Origin: Spongospora subterranea f. sp. subterranea
Lineage: Eukaryota
Assembly (NCBI GenBank): GCA_049724395.1
Contig: JAUGWO010000121.1
Coordinates: 1 to 64,000 of the forward strand
Length of the DNA: 64,000 nucleotides
Direction of reading: 5' to 3'
The translations under genes and the position numbers were made by a program. Shown here piece after piece: positions 23,086 through 35,170 of this stretch. Numbering within the stretch: the stretch's first letter is position 1; every line of letters starts with the position of its first letter. Below the pieces are notes generated by a model. That model had not been told where the DNA came from. It worked only from the letters and a program-made list of their open reading frames with translations, and did no database searches.

Positions 23086-25796
23086 TTATTTTTTGTCAAG
23101 ACAGATCAATCGAACTGTATTGTGGAATTTTTTGCGCTCTTTGGCATTGGACATTCCCAATTTTACCAAGTCGCCATTCGATAACTCGCTAAGAACATCA
23201 AACGTGATCTCCTCCTCATTGAACCGATCAATCCAGCTTGAAAGCTCGGCGCGCATCAGAAACTGTGCTAATGTCGAAGGGGAAACCATTTTGACATTGT
23301 CGATGGATTTAACAGATTCTGACTCAGTCACAGTAGAGACACCACCGGCTTTTGAATGAGGAAACAGGACACCAGCAGGAGTAGACGGCGTCACTCGGGC
23401 AGCTAACCATAAACTTCGCATTCCAGCAAGTACCGATCTGACACCGGCACCCTGCAAGCGTAAACACTCAGCAACAAATGAATCGACTTCTTCCGGAGAT
23501 AAAGGATCTGCACCAACAACCGCTTGAAAGAGCAAATTTTTCAAGAAATCCTCGTTTCTGTCACACATTTGTTGCATAAGTTCTTTCTGCTCAATGGTTG
23601 ACGTGCCCCCCGGTGGATGTTGACGCTGGAGCAACAGAGTCTGCAGTGATTAATGAACAATTTGCTTGATTACTTTTTACCGAAACCGCAGCGCCCGAGG
23701 AATCATGCCTTGATGCGGTTGCAGAAATTGGAATTTCATCAACAAGGGGGGACGACTCAGACTTGGCTGTAAAAGGGGGCGCTAGAGGAGAAAGCGCCCC
23801 GATAGGATATGGACCAGCATCCGGTAAGGGAGAAACTCGCTGAGTGTCAGACTTAGGTGGTTTTTTTGAAGCAACGGTAGAAAGAGTCGCGGAAGATACG
23901 GGTGTTTTGACAGCGGAGACAGGCTTTTGTCCAGCAATAGGTGCACTGCGAGGAGGCGGGGCAGTCATTGCAGGAGAATATTTCGTCTTTGAGGCCGGCG
24001 CACTCTGATCTGTGGATTTAATGAACCCTTGAGGGCGCCATTCTTGGGCGCTCGGGTTGATGGAGGAATGACCTGCTGGTGCCGCAAGCTGGTTGCTTGG
24101 AGGTAAATTACGTTGACGGTTGTCCAAACCTGTGTGATTCTGTTGGAATGAAGTGGTTGGCTGGGAAGACGACGTGGTCAGGGATGACTGACCTTGAGCA
24201 ACAGGTGCATTTGCTACATTAGGATTAGCTCGCTTGACAGAAAGTTCTTGTTGCTCTTCAGATCGAACGCTGCGTTTCGGTGAAAGGCTGAGGGTTGGGG
24301 CTGAAATAGAGGAACTTTGTGTCGACCATCTATCGGAGAGTCGTTGCTGCTTTTCAGATGTACGAGCATTGCTTGACGAACACGGGGCAGTGTTGGAGTT
24401 CGTTGGAGTATACTCAGAAGGCACCGGGACAGGTATTTTGATAGATGACGTCGCATTTGCCATCTGATTACTATTTGATTGAACCGAAATGGATCGCATT
24501 CCGTCTTTGCCTGTGGAGACAGAGACATTCCAGGAGGATTGGGAAGGAGAAACCGTTTGCCTTGAGTGAGATGGTGATGCTGCCCGTGATGAATTAGCAG
24601 ACTGCCCTTGTTTCGGTGATGCCCAGGAATCAGTAGCACGACTCCATAGCCTTGGTGCTGGGGTCGAAGCGCCAGACGCTTTAACCACTTTAAGAAGTCG
24701 GGGATGATCCCACTTCAACTCAGTACCGTCGTGAACAACAACTACTCTCAGTTCCCCTGAAAGATAAACGAGAGCTTCGGCGGGAGAAAAATCAACCATT
24801 GCAACGACGGTTAATCGCATGGCTCTATTTGAAGTCAAATACGTTTCCCAATCAAAAGCAAAATCAGTTCGTGTGATGGGCCATCCGGGACTGTTCTCAT
24901 AGCGATGATTAAGCCATGACAAAAAGTGGGTATAGAACCGGAAAATTAAGTCGTCATTTTCGTCAGACGGAACGTATGTAGGCGATAAAATCGGTGACGG
25001 TGCGGATTGGCTCAACGGCGTTATGGGGCGTTGCATGATACAGTCCAAATTGGGATTGCGAAATTTCGGAGGCGCGACGAAGTTCGACTGCATAGCGATC
25101 ATCGTCTTGATGGGGATGCGTTTAGCCTTGTTGGAGATATCCCGTAGGAGAATTTCATGGGTATCTGATACAGGTACATCCGGGTTATGTGAATCACCGA
25201 CACACTTTGATCGCAGACAGCAATGTGTATAAGACTGTAATTGAGCTCCGGGTGCATCATCATCGTTGCATGCGTAAGCGCCATGAGAGGGGTATCCACA
25301 CAGATCGCACTCGTGTTCGAATTCACATTTCTCACTCTCCTTCTGACATTTCCCAACCTGAAAAAGTTTGCACGATGGAGCGTAGGGTCGCTTCAGAAGC
25401 AATACAACTCCACGAGGGCGCATATTCTACACAACAATTAATGTAATTATCTTCAGATGAGCGATCAGAATTACTCTGGTGGTGATGGGGTCAGGAAGCG
25501 CATACACACAGTCAACAAGCTTTGAATAACCCAATTTGTCTAAAAACTTCTTTATCAGTAAACCAACCGTAGTTGAGCAATAGAATACCGAGCGGCTGGC
25601 CATAGAGGTACTGATACTTCTCGCGAAGCTTGCACAAATTCAAAGTATATTCTGGCTCTTCCATGAGAATGCGTTGTATCTGCCGTCCGAGGCGGAACAA
25701 ATCCGCTTGGATATGCGGGCGCGACATCGTGTACTGGCCGGTATGAACAGCACCATAGTCGTCATCGCTGAACTCGTCGTCGGTTACACAAAGCAT
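23086..25796 (-). CDS. OST-HTH/LOTUS + CCCH zinc finger + low-complexity region + SAM protein
   Basis: N-terminal LCKLREKYQYLYGQPL...YG (LOTUS-like); CKLFQVGKCQKESEKCEFEH followed by CDLCGYPSHGAYAC; Ser/Pro/Gln-rich middle; C-terminal SAM (FLMRAELSSWIDRFNEEEITFDVLSELSNGDLVKLGM). +1 frame break at a C6 run near 23607. Confidence 0.7.
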
Positions 25797-26103
25797 GATG
25801 ATGTGCTATCAATCCGACGAATATCCCAATTGACCGCTGGGGACAATTGACTGACAACAAAACACCGCGTAATGTACACTGAAGTCTCCGGTAACAATTC
25901 CATGACAGTGCGTTATTGCGAGAGCTGACTCGGCTCATGGTCTATTTTCGTCAAATCGGATGGAGAAAGTCGACTGGGTAATGCCCGGATATGAATCAGG
26001 GATACCACCAGGCAACAGTACAAGGTCAGCGTTGTATAAAACGGTCGGCTCGGGGATCGATCAGAAGAATGGATCGTTACGATTGGCACATTTTAGAGTT
26101 GAA

Positions 26104-26683
26104 ATGAACACATTTGGGCGACGAACGCTACTACGTGCACACAACAACCCCTTCCGGTAGATGTACTCCCCGTGATTGTCTTCTCGATCATATTTTTCCA
26201 CAGGGCGATATGAATAAAGTGATTCCGAAACATGGATTGCATACTTATCGTGAGTTTTTTTGTACAAAAAATGCTAAGAGCTGACGTTGTTGATTGCAAA
26301 GTCCTTGGAAGGCCAGGCGAGCCAGCTAAGTAGCGATGATGAACGGAGTCCGGAGTTTAGCGAGACTGGTGGAGGCTCCGACTTGATCCGGCCTTCGGAT
26401 AGGGACTATGGAAACCGCGATACATCTTGGTTGGATTACCAGGGTCACAATATGAGAGAATGGGACGATATGGATGATGACGAATGGGCGGCGTTCGAAG
26501 ACCAACTATATCAAGAACAGGTCGAGGAACTGAAACAGACGGTTCGCGTCACGACACCCTGTAATATCTGCACTATCCCGTTGTTTTTTTTATGCCTAAT
26601 TTAGTGGCCACTAGTTATCGCTCGACAAATCGGTGTAATGATTGGGCTTTCATTGTGTAGATTCTTCCTTCGAAGTTTTTTAG
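26104..26683 (+). CDS. Small spliced hypothetical protein with an acidic region
   Basis: ORF 26287..26604 (WDDMDDDEWAAFEDQLYQEQVEE) flanked by intron-like segments. Boundaries uncertain. Confidence 0.3.
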
Positions 26684-27687
26684 GGTAATTATTTTCAGGT
26701 GTTTTTCTTAAAATTTTTTATATGGATTTTGGAATAGGATCCAGGCTCCTGTTATTCCCAAAATTGGCGAAGATGTCAGAAGGTATTATGTATCTGAACA
26801 TATGCGCAGGATGGTGCTGGCTAGAAAATCAGTTTTCTATGGTGAACGTCAGGGTTTCGCCAATCTACAATAATAAACCGTTGTTTCAATGATTAAATTA
26901 CATTAGGCTCTCCCGCCTGCCATTGATTTCTGAAATACTTTTGACAAAATCACATGTCAAAAGGGGTTCGATGTGAATTAAATTGTATTGAAACCACAAG
27001 TTATGTCGTTGACGGTATAACATCATAAACGGCCTATTCCGACGGCCATTGCAGGTAATCTATGATGACCGGAATCATTGATTGGACTGGTCAACGTTCT
27101 CATGGAATCATATGCTTTGACAGTCCAACCGCATCTTGACCCTGGCCAACATCCATTCGCAATAGTTTGGAGATCGCCGAACAAAACGTCTAGTCACCAA
27201 ATCCTTATAAATTAATCCAACCTACCCCGCACTACCATCAGCTTTGGCGCCATCATCGACTACCTGATTCTCGTGTTCAGTGACAGTTGGCTGATCAGCC
27301 GGATTATCGAGAGGATCACCGAATAAAGGTGATAGAAATCAATGGCATTCTCTACTAGGAAGTGATGGTATAGCGAAAGCCATAGGACGTAAGGGCATTT
27401 CCTACAACCAGATCGAAACTCCCTTCTGGTTCCGTCGGCCGACGGGTTTACTGATGACATGTCGGCGATCGGTCTAAATATATCAGCGGACTATGATGAG
27501 TAAGTATGGGGGAACTACGGTCACGGACAGCGTAGCTGACGCAAAATGTCACACCACTCCATAGTGTAAGGGTTCCGCCACTGCTGAATTGACCCCGAGG
27601 CCCAAACCTCACAGCGCAAGCTGCAGTGCATTGGTTGTCGTTTGGGCAGCTTTAGCGTGAACCTGTCAGAGTTGATATTCCAGTTTC

Positions 27688-30241
27688 ATGACCATCATCG
27701 GTTCGTCAGTAATCACCGCTCAAGAAAGTCGTCCCGTTGAATTGCATGTGTCGGCTCCCGAGTTTATCCCACCCCAATCACTCATGTCCGGTGGCTTTCC
27801 AGCGCCATCGTCGTCAACTGAGGACGCCGTTTTTTGCACCAGCAGTAGCAGCGACGAAACCGATGAGGATGGGTCTGGATTTCTGACGAAATCATTGCCG
27901 ATGCCGCCACCTTATCCATCAACGCATGTTTCTCTAACTCCTTCCAGGCATGGCTTGCCGATATCGTCAAACCGTCGCAAAGATTGGTGTCTTTCCTCTG
28001 TGGTCTCACGTCCGTCCTCACCAAATGTGGAAGTATATCGTGGCGCCGCTCAAGACATATTTTGCAGGACGACATTAGCCCAGATTCCTCAATCGCCGTC
28101 GATATCATCATCATCATCCTCTGCATCATCGCTTTCAATTGTGCTCTCGGGATCGGTTCTTCAATGTACAATTGATAGAAATGTCAATTCCGAAATTGGC
28201 GAGGTGATTCGTCTAGTCCAACCAAATACACAAAGCGAGGCCCATCGCTCATCGGTTATGGCCTTGGTTGAGACTCTCATCAGGAAGACATTGGGCGCCA
28301 AGATTTTTCCCTACGGTTCTTTTGCTTTGAAAACCTATCTTCCTGACTCCGATATCAACGTCTGTGCCTTCTTCACACATAACCATCAGAAGACTTGGTA
28401 TCAGCGCGCTATGAAGGCATTATCTCGTGATGATTCAAGCTGTGGGATCAAGCACCGATTCCCTATACATGGTGCCGAATTTGTTTCTACGACCGATTCA
28501 GGTAAAGTAATCCGAGCCCAAGTTGCCGATTATACTTTTCAGATCTGTGCCAATGTACCCACACGTTCTATCCTCGTGCGCATTGTTTGAAGAAGTCGAT
28601 AGACTGGTCGGAAAGAATCATTTGTTCAAGAGGGCGATATTATTGACCAAAGCCTGGTCTGCGTATGATGCAAAGGTTCTGGACGCCCCACAGGGGCTTC
28701 TGTCGTCTTATGTGATCCGTTCAATGGTGTTATTCATATTCAACGCCTATCACATGCAGATTGATAACCCTCTCCAAGCCCTAATTCTGCTCTTTCAATA
28801 TCTTGTGCATTTTGACTGGGATGCGCACGCGTTTGGCCTGTTTGGCCCGATCCAGTTATCATCCCTTCCAGCATATGAAAGCGTCGTCGGAGAAGTTTGT
28901 GCGTGGCCTTACAACTCCAAGCCGTTGATTAGCAAGACGTTATTGTCTCGATATGCAGCCGATCCCGTATCTATGCCGCCAATGGAGAACACGTTCGCAG
29001 GAAGAACGTTCAACGTTATCGACCCCAGGAATCCCGTCCAGAACCTTGGCGCATCCCTGACTAGGAAGGCGGCGATTTACATTCGTGATCAGCTGACGGA
29101 TACGGCACGGAAGAGCTCTTGCTGTTATCTCATCGTGGCAACCCTCGACCGACGCTGCAGCATTGGTAGGGCAACTTTTGCCTGGCACGCTTTCTCGATA
29201 TGGATCATCCTATTGTCAAGTTGACGCTGCTCCAGTTTTCGACGCCGACCTCGGCCAGATTGTTCGGCATATACTTCAGGCTGGGGAGTTCGATATGCCT
29301 GACATCAACGAACGCGATCTTGTCCAGCTTGTCGTAATGATTTTAAAGGAGAACGATGGTGTTGTAACTGTCGGTAAGATGGGCAGTCTAATGCACAGCG
29401 CCACCAACAATCATTCGCTCCCGGCGATGCTAAAGACCAGATATGGTGGGCTCAAGAAACTCCTGCGTCGTCATGAGAATATATTCGCCTTAGCATCTGA
29501 TCATCCTCATAATCCGCATGTTATGTTGCTGCCTGGATACGAATCTGCTTTGTCTCATTGGATACCACAAAGCGAGTATTTATCACGACCTCGCAGCCCA
29601 TCACCGGCCCCATCGACCAAGTCGGTTGGTCATCAGAGCAGCTTACTGGCGCCAATACCGCTGCCATCAACGTCCCAAAAGAGGTTCGATGTCAGAATTG
29701 CTGGTTGTGTCGGTTCTCTAACATCTTACCTTAGTATTTGGTCATCGTCGTTGCCGCCTCGGCCGGCCTCAGTTCCTGTCCATTCCTCAGTTCAACATTC
29801 GTCGTGGACTGGGGCTGACGATACGTTCTCAGTTTGGTCAAACACGGTTGCAGAGACATCGACCGGGTCATCGTGGCTCCCATCTCTACCTGATGAGTTT
29901 TATTGCCCTATATCAGGAGAGGTGATGCGGGATCCCGTTATCGCTCAAGATGGCGTCACTTATGAGCGATCGTCACTGGAAGGATTGCGGCAGTTGAATC
30001 GTGCCTTCTCTCCTTTAACAGGTATCTTCAACCCGTTTAATCATCCCTTCATCATGATCGGTCATTGCCCTTATTCCCTAATGCAGGTCTTCCCCTTGAT
30101 TTAACAGCCGTTTATCCGAACTTAGCGTTGAAGGCACTGCTGGTTAAGATCCGCTCCGACGAGCTGGTTTTGACGTCACGTCCTGCGGCGACAATTAGTC
30201 GAATCGGACATTATGAGCAATGTGCATCCATATGGGGATGA
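27688..30241 (+). CDS. PAM2 + degenerate PAP/OAS1-like nucleotidyltransferase + wHTH + U-box protein
   Basis: LHVSAPEFIP; YGSFALKTYLPDSDIN; EEVDRLVGKNHLFKRAILLTKAW; NVIDPRNPVQNLG; GKMGSLM...RYGGLKKLL...DHPHNPHV; PDEFYCPISGEVMRDPV...GVTYER...SPLTG|LPL...YPNLALK (intron ~30022-30086). Two +1 frame breaks (~28558, ~29111). Confidence 0.8.
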
Positions 30242-30615
30242 TATCGCCATATATATGTCCAGGGCTGTATTCTCCTCTGTCGCCTATTAATGGTCCACTC
30301 AATAATTTCCGCATATCATTTGAATCCTCGTGTTAATGCCGGTTTATTTTCTGTTGTCGGATTGAATCAAATTGATGAATACAGCTCATGCTTAATTACC
30401 TACAGGTTGGGTTTCTCGCAGACCCGGCCCATTGACCCCTCAGCGTGTCTGTACAGCGTCTCCTGACGCGCGCGCTATTAAAGTGCACTTTGCCGCTAAC
30501 AATGCGCATTGAAATTGCATTTACGAGTCATTTACGTACAGTTCCGCAAAAGCCCTTTCAATATATATTTTAGCAAACCCTTTGCCGGTTGTGGTGGCCC
30601 TATCATAAGTCTTCG

Positions 30616-33579
30616 ATGGTCGCGTTTTTCCGACTTCTTAGGAGATGTGGCTTGAAATCCGGCATCGATAGACGAACGCTTTTCACAGATGAATGTTCGA
30701 CAATGACAATATGTGTTTTGAATCGTGGGAATGCTTTCTGATAGCTTATCTGTCAAGGTTTACCTACAACGTTCAACAAGATCTTGATTGCAAATCGCGG
30801 TGAGATCGCATGCCGAATTGTTCGTACTGCAAAGGCGCTTGGAATTCGTACCGTTGCTGTAAACCCCTTGTCTTTCCACTTATTCTCCACAATATTTACC
30901 TGTACATAAAATCAGGTGTATAGCGATGCCGACGCCAACGCCATGCACACAAGAATGTGTGATGAAGCTTACAGGATCGGAGAGTCACCAGCAGCAAAGA
31001 GTTATCTCGGTTGGTTTCCTGACGTATTTGTCCAGTTTTGCTTCAACATCAGGTATTCCCTTAGACGCTCAGAAGATCTTAGAGGTTGCCAAAGCAACCG
31101 GGGCGCAAGCTGTTCATCCAGGCTATGGGTTTTTATCGGGTTATGACAACAAGAAGAGTTAGTTGCTTTACTAACAATTTGACTTTGAACAGAATCGGTA
31201 AAATTTGCCCAAGAATGCCAGAATGAGGGCATTGTCTTTATTGGTCCACCAATTGAAGCAATTAACGCAATGGGCTCTAAAAGGTTGGTCATCTCGTAAT
31301 GCTCTTTCCAAAATCGTTATTTACTCATCGATGTTGATGAAGCGCGTCGAAAAAGATCATGATTGACGCCAAAGTTCCTGTAGTCCCAGGATACCATGGG
31401 GATGATCAAACGATTGTAAACGCTCCATCCCGTCGCCGATAGACCGGTTCTCATCGCTATTTGACTAATTCAGGAGACTCTTGTCAAAGAAGCCGATGCG
31501 TGCGGCTTCCCGCTCATGATCAAAGCCGTACTTGGCGGAGGCGGAAAAGGCATGAGGGTGGTCAACGAAGCGTCCCAGTTTCTGGAAATGCTTGAATCCT
31601 GTAAACGTGAAGCTCTATCGTCATTTGGCGACGATCGAGTATTGCTGGAACGGTATATTGTTCGCCCGAGGCATATCGGTAATTCCTCATCTTTCTGAGT
31701 TTGTTGCTGGGATCAATTCCGCACAGAATTCCAGATATTTGCCGACCAGCACGGCAATGCGGTCCATTTATATGAACGGGACTGCTCTGCACAGCGTAGG
31801 CACCAAAAGGTCGACATTTGCTTTACGGCTGCATAATAAGCTAATACACCTCAGGTTTTGGAAGAAGCTCCAGCGCCGGGAATGACGACGGAACTTCGCA
31901 ACACCATGGGAAAGTCTGCCGTTGATGCAGCCATTTCCGTTAATTACGTTGGGGCTGGAACAGTGGAGTTCATATTCGATGCCGATACGGGCGAGTATTT
32001 CTTTATGGAGATGAATACACGATTGCAGGTTGAACATCCAGGTTAGTGCTAAGGAAGTCTCAGTAGGTTTATGACTGATCTTTTTTGCCTGTTCAGTGAC
32101 CGAGATGATCGTCCGTGTAGCGTCCTTATCTGGTGAAACGGATTTGGTTCAATTACAGCTTCATGTCGCCGCAGGTCACCGCCTGCCTTTCTCACAAAGC
32201 GACATCACGTCGTCTGGACACTGTATTGAATCTCGTATCTATGCCGAACGGCCTATATCTGATGAGTCGGGCACCCACTTCCTACCATGTGTCGGCACTA
32301 TCAAGCATTTGTCACCTCCAGCGCAACACGCTGTATGTTCTATCATTGTTTCCGTCAGAATCCTGTTGGACCTACATTTGAAGGCTTAGGAAGGCGCTGT
32401 TCGGGTTCGAGTTCGAAACAGGGATTGAAGAGCGAGACGAAATCTCAATGTTTTACGATCCGATGATTGCCAAACTTGTGGTTTGGGCGCATGATCGGGA
32501 GGGTGCTTTACGTCAAATGAACCACTCGCTCTCTGATTATCATGTTCTCGGCCTGGCTGACAACAACATCCAGTTCTTGAAACGTGCCGTCAGCCATCCC
32601 GAGTTTATTCGTGGCCAGATTGATACAGGATTTATTTCCCGCAATGCGCAAACGCTCATTCCTCCCGTAATGCTTCCGCTTGCGTATCCATATTTTCTGT
32701 GCGGTTCACATTCGTGAATCAGGTTTCACCCGCGTCGTCTCGAATGAAGGCCATTGCTGCTGCTTCACTGGCCATCCAGACCCAGACCGGAAAGGCGTCT
32801 CCATGGAATTCAGGAAATTCGTTCAGGGTGCGCATTTGACCCACTGTTGAAGTCCCAGTCTAATTTGGTATAGTTAAACTGTAAAAATGCCCGAATCATC
32901 AGGTTGGAGTGTGGTACGAGCGACGAAAATCGTGATCAGTGCAACATCGCCCTCGTCTACAATGACGACGGATCATACGATATCGACGTTGACGGTGATG
33001 CATTTGTTGGAGTAAAAGTCTCCAAAACCAATTCTGGTGAGCGACATCACTACATACGTTGTATTTTCGACGACGTCAATATTTTGGCGAAGGTGTGTGC
33101 GTTCACTTCTATATTGTGTGTAGGTCCTTACTGAATTTTGCTCAGGTGGTACATATCGAAAATCAAATCGCTGTTTTCGCTGATGATGATATGGCTATTT
33201 TGAAAATGATCGAAGACGACTTTGGTGAAGATATGTCAGTTATCGCCCAGGGACCTGTTGCTCCAATGCCCGGTAGAGTTGTCAAGGTATCAAAATGAGG
33301 AATCCATAATCACGTGCAGTTGATCGGAGGTGCTGCGATCGTTCAGGTTCTCGTTGCCCCTGATGACGAAGTAGAAGAAGGCCAAGCTTTGGTGATTATG
33401 GAAGCCATGAAGATGGAGGTGCCTATTATTGTTCTCGGCATTTTGAACACGATATTGACTCTTTCCAGCACATCATTAGGGCTCCTCATGCCGGAATTGT
33501 GGAACAAGTTCATTGCCGTCAGGATGAATCTATCCAAGCTGGTCATGTCCTGATATCATTTCATGCAGACAAGCAATGA
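30616..33579 (+). CDS. MCCC1: 3-methylcrotonyl-CoA carboxylase alpha subunit (biotin carboxylase + biotinyl domain), multi-exon
   Basis: Arg-rich presequence, [65 protein letters not shown]. The MCC rather than PCC call rests on motif recall. Confidence 0.85.
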
Positions 33580-34078
33580 AACGCGCATCGCTTATTCTAG
33601 ATCTGTTGATGATTGGCGTTCGAAGTGCCTTGTAGGCCGGGTTTCCATTAACATCAGCCGATATCGAACAGTTGTAATACATTCCAGGTCTTTAAATCAG
33701 CCATCATCAATGTATTCTGCATTGGTCATCAACGAATTGTCAGTGACGTCAGTAAGATTCGTTATAGAGAACCTCAAAACAACCTGCCGAGGTGGATTCT
33801 GATCAGCCAAATTTCGGGCTGACAGACACAATTTTCACGGCCCATTGAAACTTTTTCTAAATACTAAAGTTGACGTGCAAGCGTACGTGGAAAACTAGCC
33901 CTTAAACGGGAACAAAGCCATAAAACTGGCGGATAAGCACAGAGTACATATTGCTAGGGAATCCGCCGTCAGGTCCAGGACCAGATCCAGATCCCCATTT
34001 CCTTGATAAACCTTGACCAGAGCAATAATCGCTAGTAACCAATAGTACTGGGTGATGTTAATGTAGAGGATATGATGA

Positions 34079-34642
34079 TTAATGAGGAACAGATGGATCA
34101 ATCTTAATCCAGCTATTCTGACCAGGTTGGCGCATCTCAGCCCAAACCGTCGGTTTCGATCGCCCCTGCCTCTTTCCCGCCTTCTTCTTGTCCACACTGC
34201 CGGGCCGAGGTATTGCCGATAATCTCACCCGTTCTTCATTGAACCAGCGTCGCCTGGACTCTGGCAGCTCATTCCACGACTCGACCAGCGCCTTCACCTG
34301 ATCCCGATTCGATAAATCCAACGACTCGTAATTCGGTTGCAGGGCAACGAATACTTCGACTAAACAATGGCGCAATTCGACAATGAGCATCTTTTGAGGA
34401 CCAGTTCCTATTAGGTAAATCCTACAAGATGTGAGCTTGGTCGGCGGCGGTAGGTTCTCTTTCGCATTCGGCAGGCGATAGATCTGCAATGGCGGGGCGT
34501 CCAACGGATCGTGAAATACGATATCTTCGGCGGCGACCTCGGCCGTCTGGGTCGGATTGGGTTTGACGCCGCGATCCGACAGCCTATCATTGTTATTGAC
34601 GACATTGAGCGCCGTTCCGATCGTTAATATTGAGTAGTCCAT
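34079..34642 (-). CDS. Hypothetical protein with an HMG-box-like helix
   Basis: 187-aa ATG-initiated ORF; VKALVESWNELPESRRRWF followed by a basic tail. Confidence 0.45.
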   Translation of the reverse strand: MDYSILTIGTALNVVNNNDRLSDRGVKPNPTQTAEVAAEDIVFHDPLDAPPLQIYRLPNAKENLPPPTKLTSCRIYLIGTGPQKMLIVELRHCLVEVFVALQPNYESLDLSNRDQVKALVESWNELPESRRRWFNEERVRLSAIPRPGSVDKKKAGKRQGRSKPTVWAEMRQPGQNSWIKIDPSVPH

Positions 34643-35170
34643 TGTGATGGCACTCCCCGGACAATAACTATAAACTGAACTGATTATTGTGTGTTTTGAT
34701 CGAGATTAACCACAAACAGCACCAGGTCAACTAGATTCCTATTATCGATATCACACACCCTTTCTCAGATACAGTTATCGGGTTGTTGTCGCTCGGGGCG
34801 GCCGTTCAGCTCACACACACACACAGAGGATATTCATCAACACGACATGTGATCAATTCAGTGAATTCATTGGAAAACACACACGATCGTTGATTTAATT
34901 AATAGACAACAAGAAGGATTTTCGAAATACGGAGATATCGCGAGCACGACGGGTGATGATCTGGGGGAGTTTATCGCCATGTTGGCTATTCATGGGTCGG
35001 TGGTCGCCGGTTTGACACAACACGATACAGTAACGCCATTCTAAGGTCCGTACGGAACGGATTTTCGGAACTTGACCTGGGTGGGGACAGGGTCTTCTTC
35101 CCAGGGGCAAAGGGCACTGGATTTGAACCGCGCCCCGACCGACCCTAATTACATCGATATCACATTGAAC

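Noticed and set aside
34812..34825. (CA)n microsatellite (also (TC)n near 36567)
   Set aside because: Short ordinary simple repeats.
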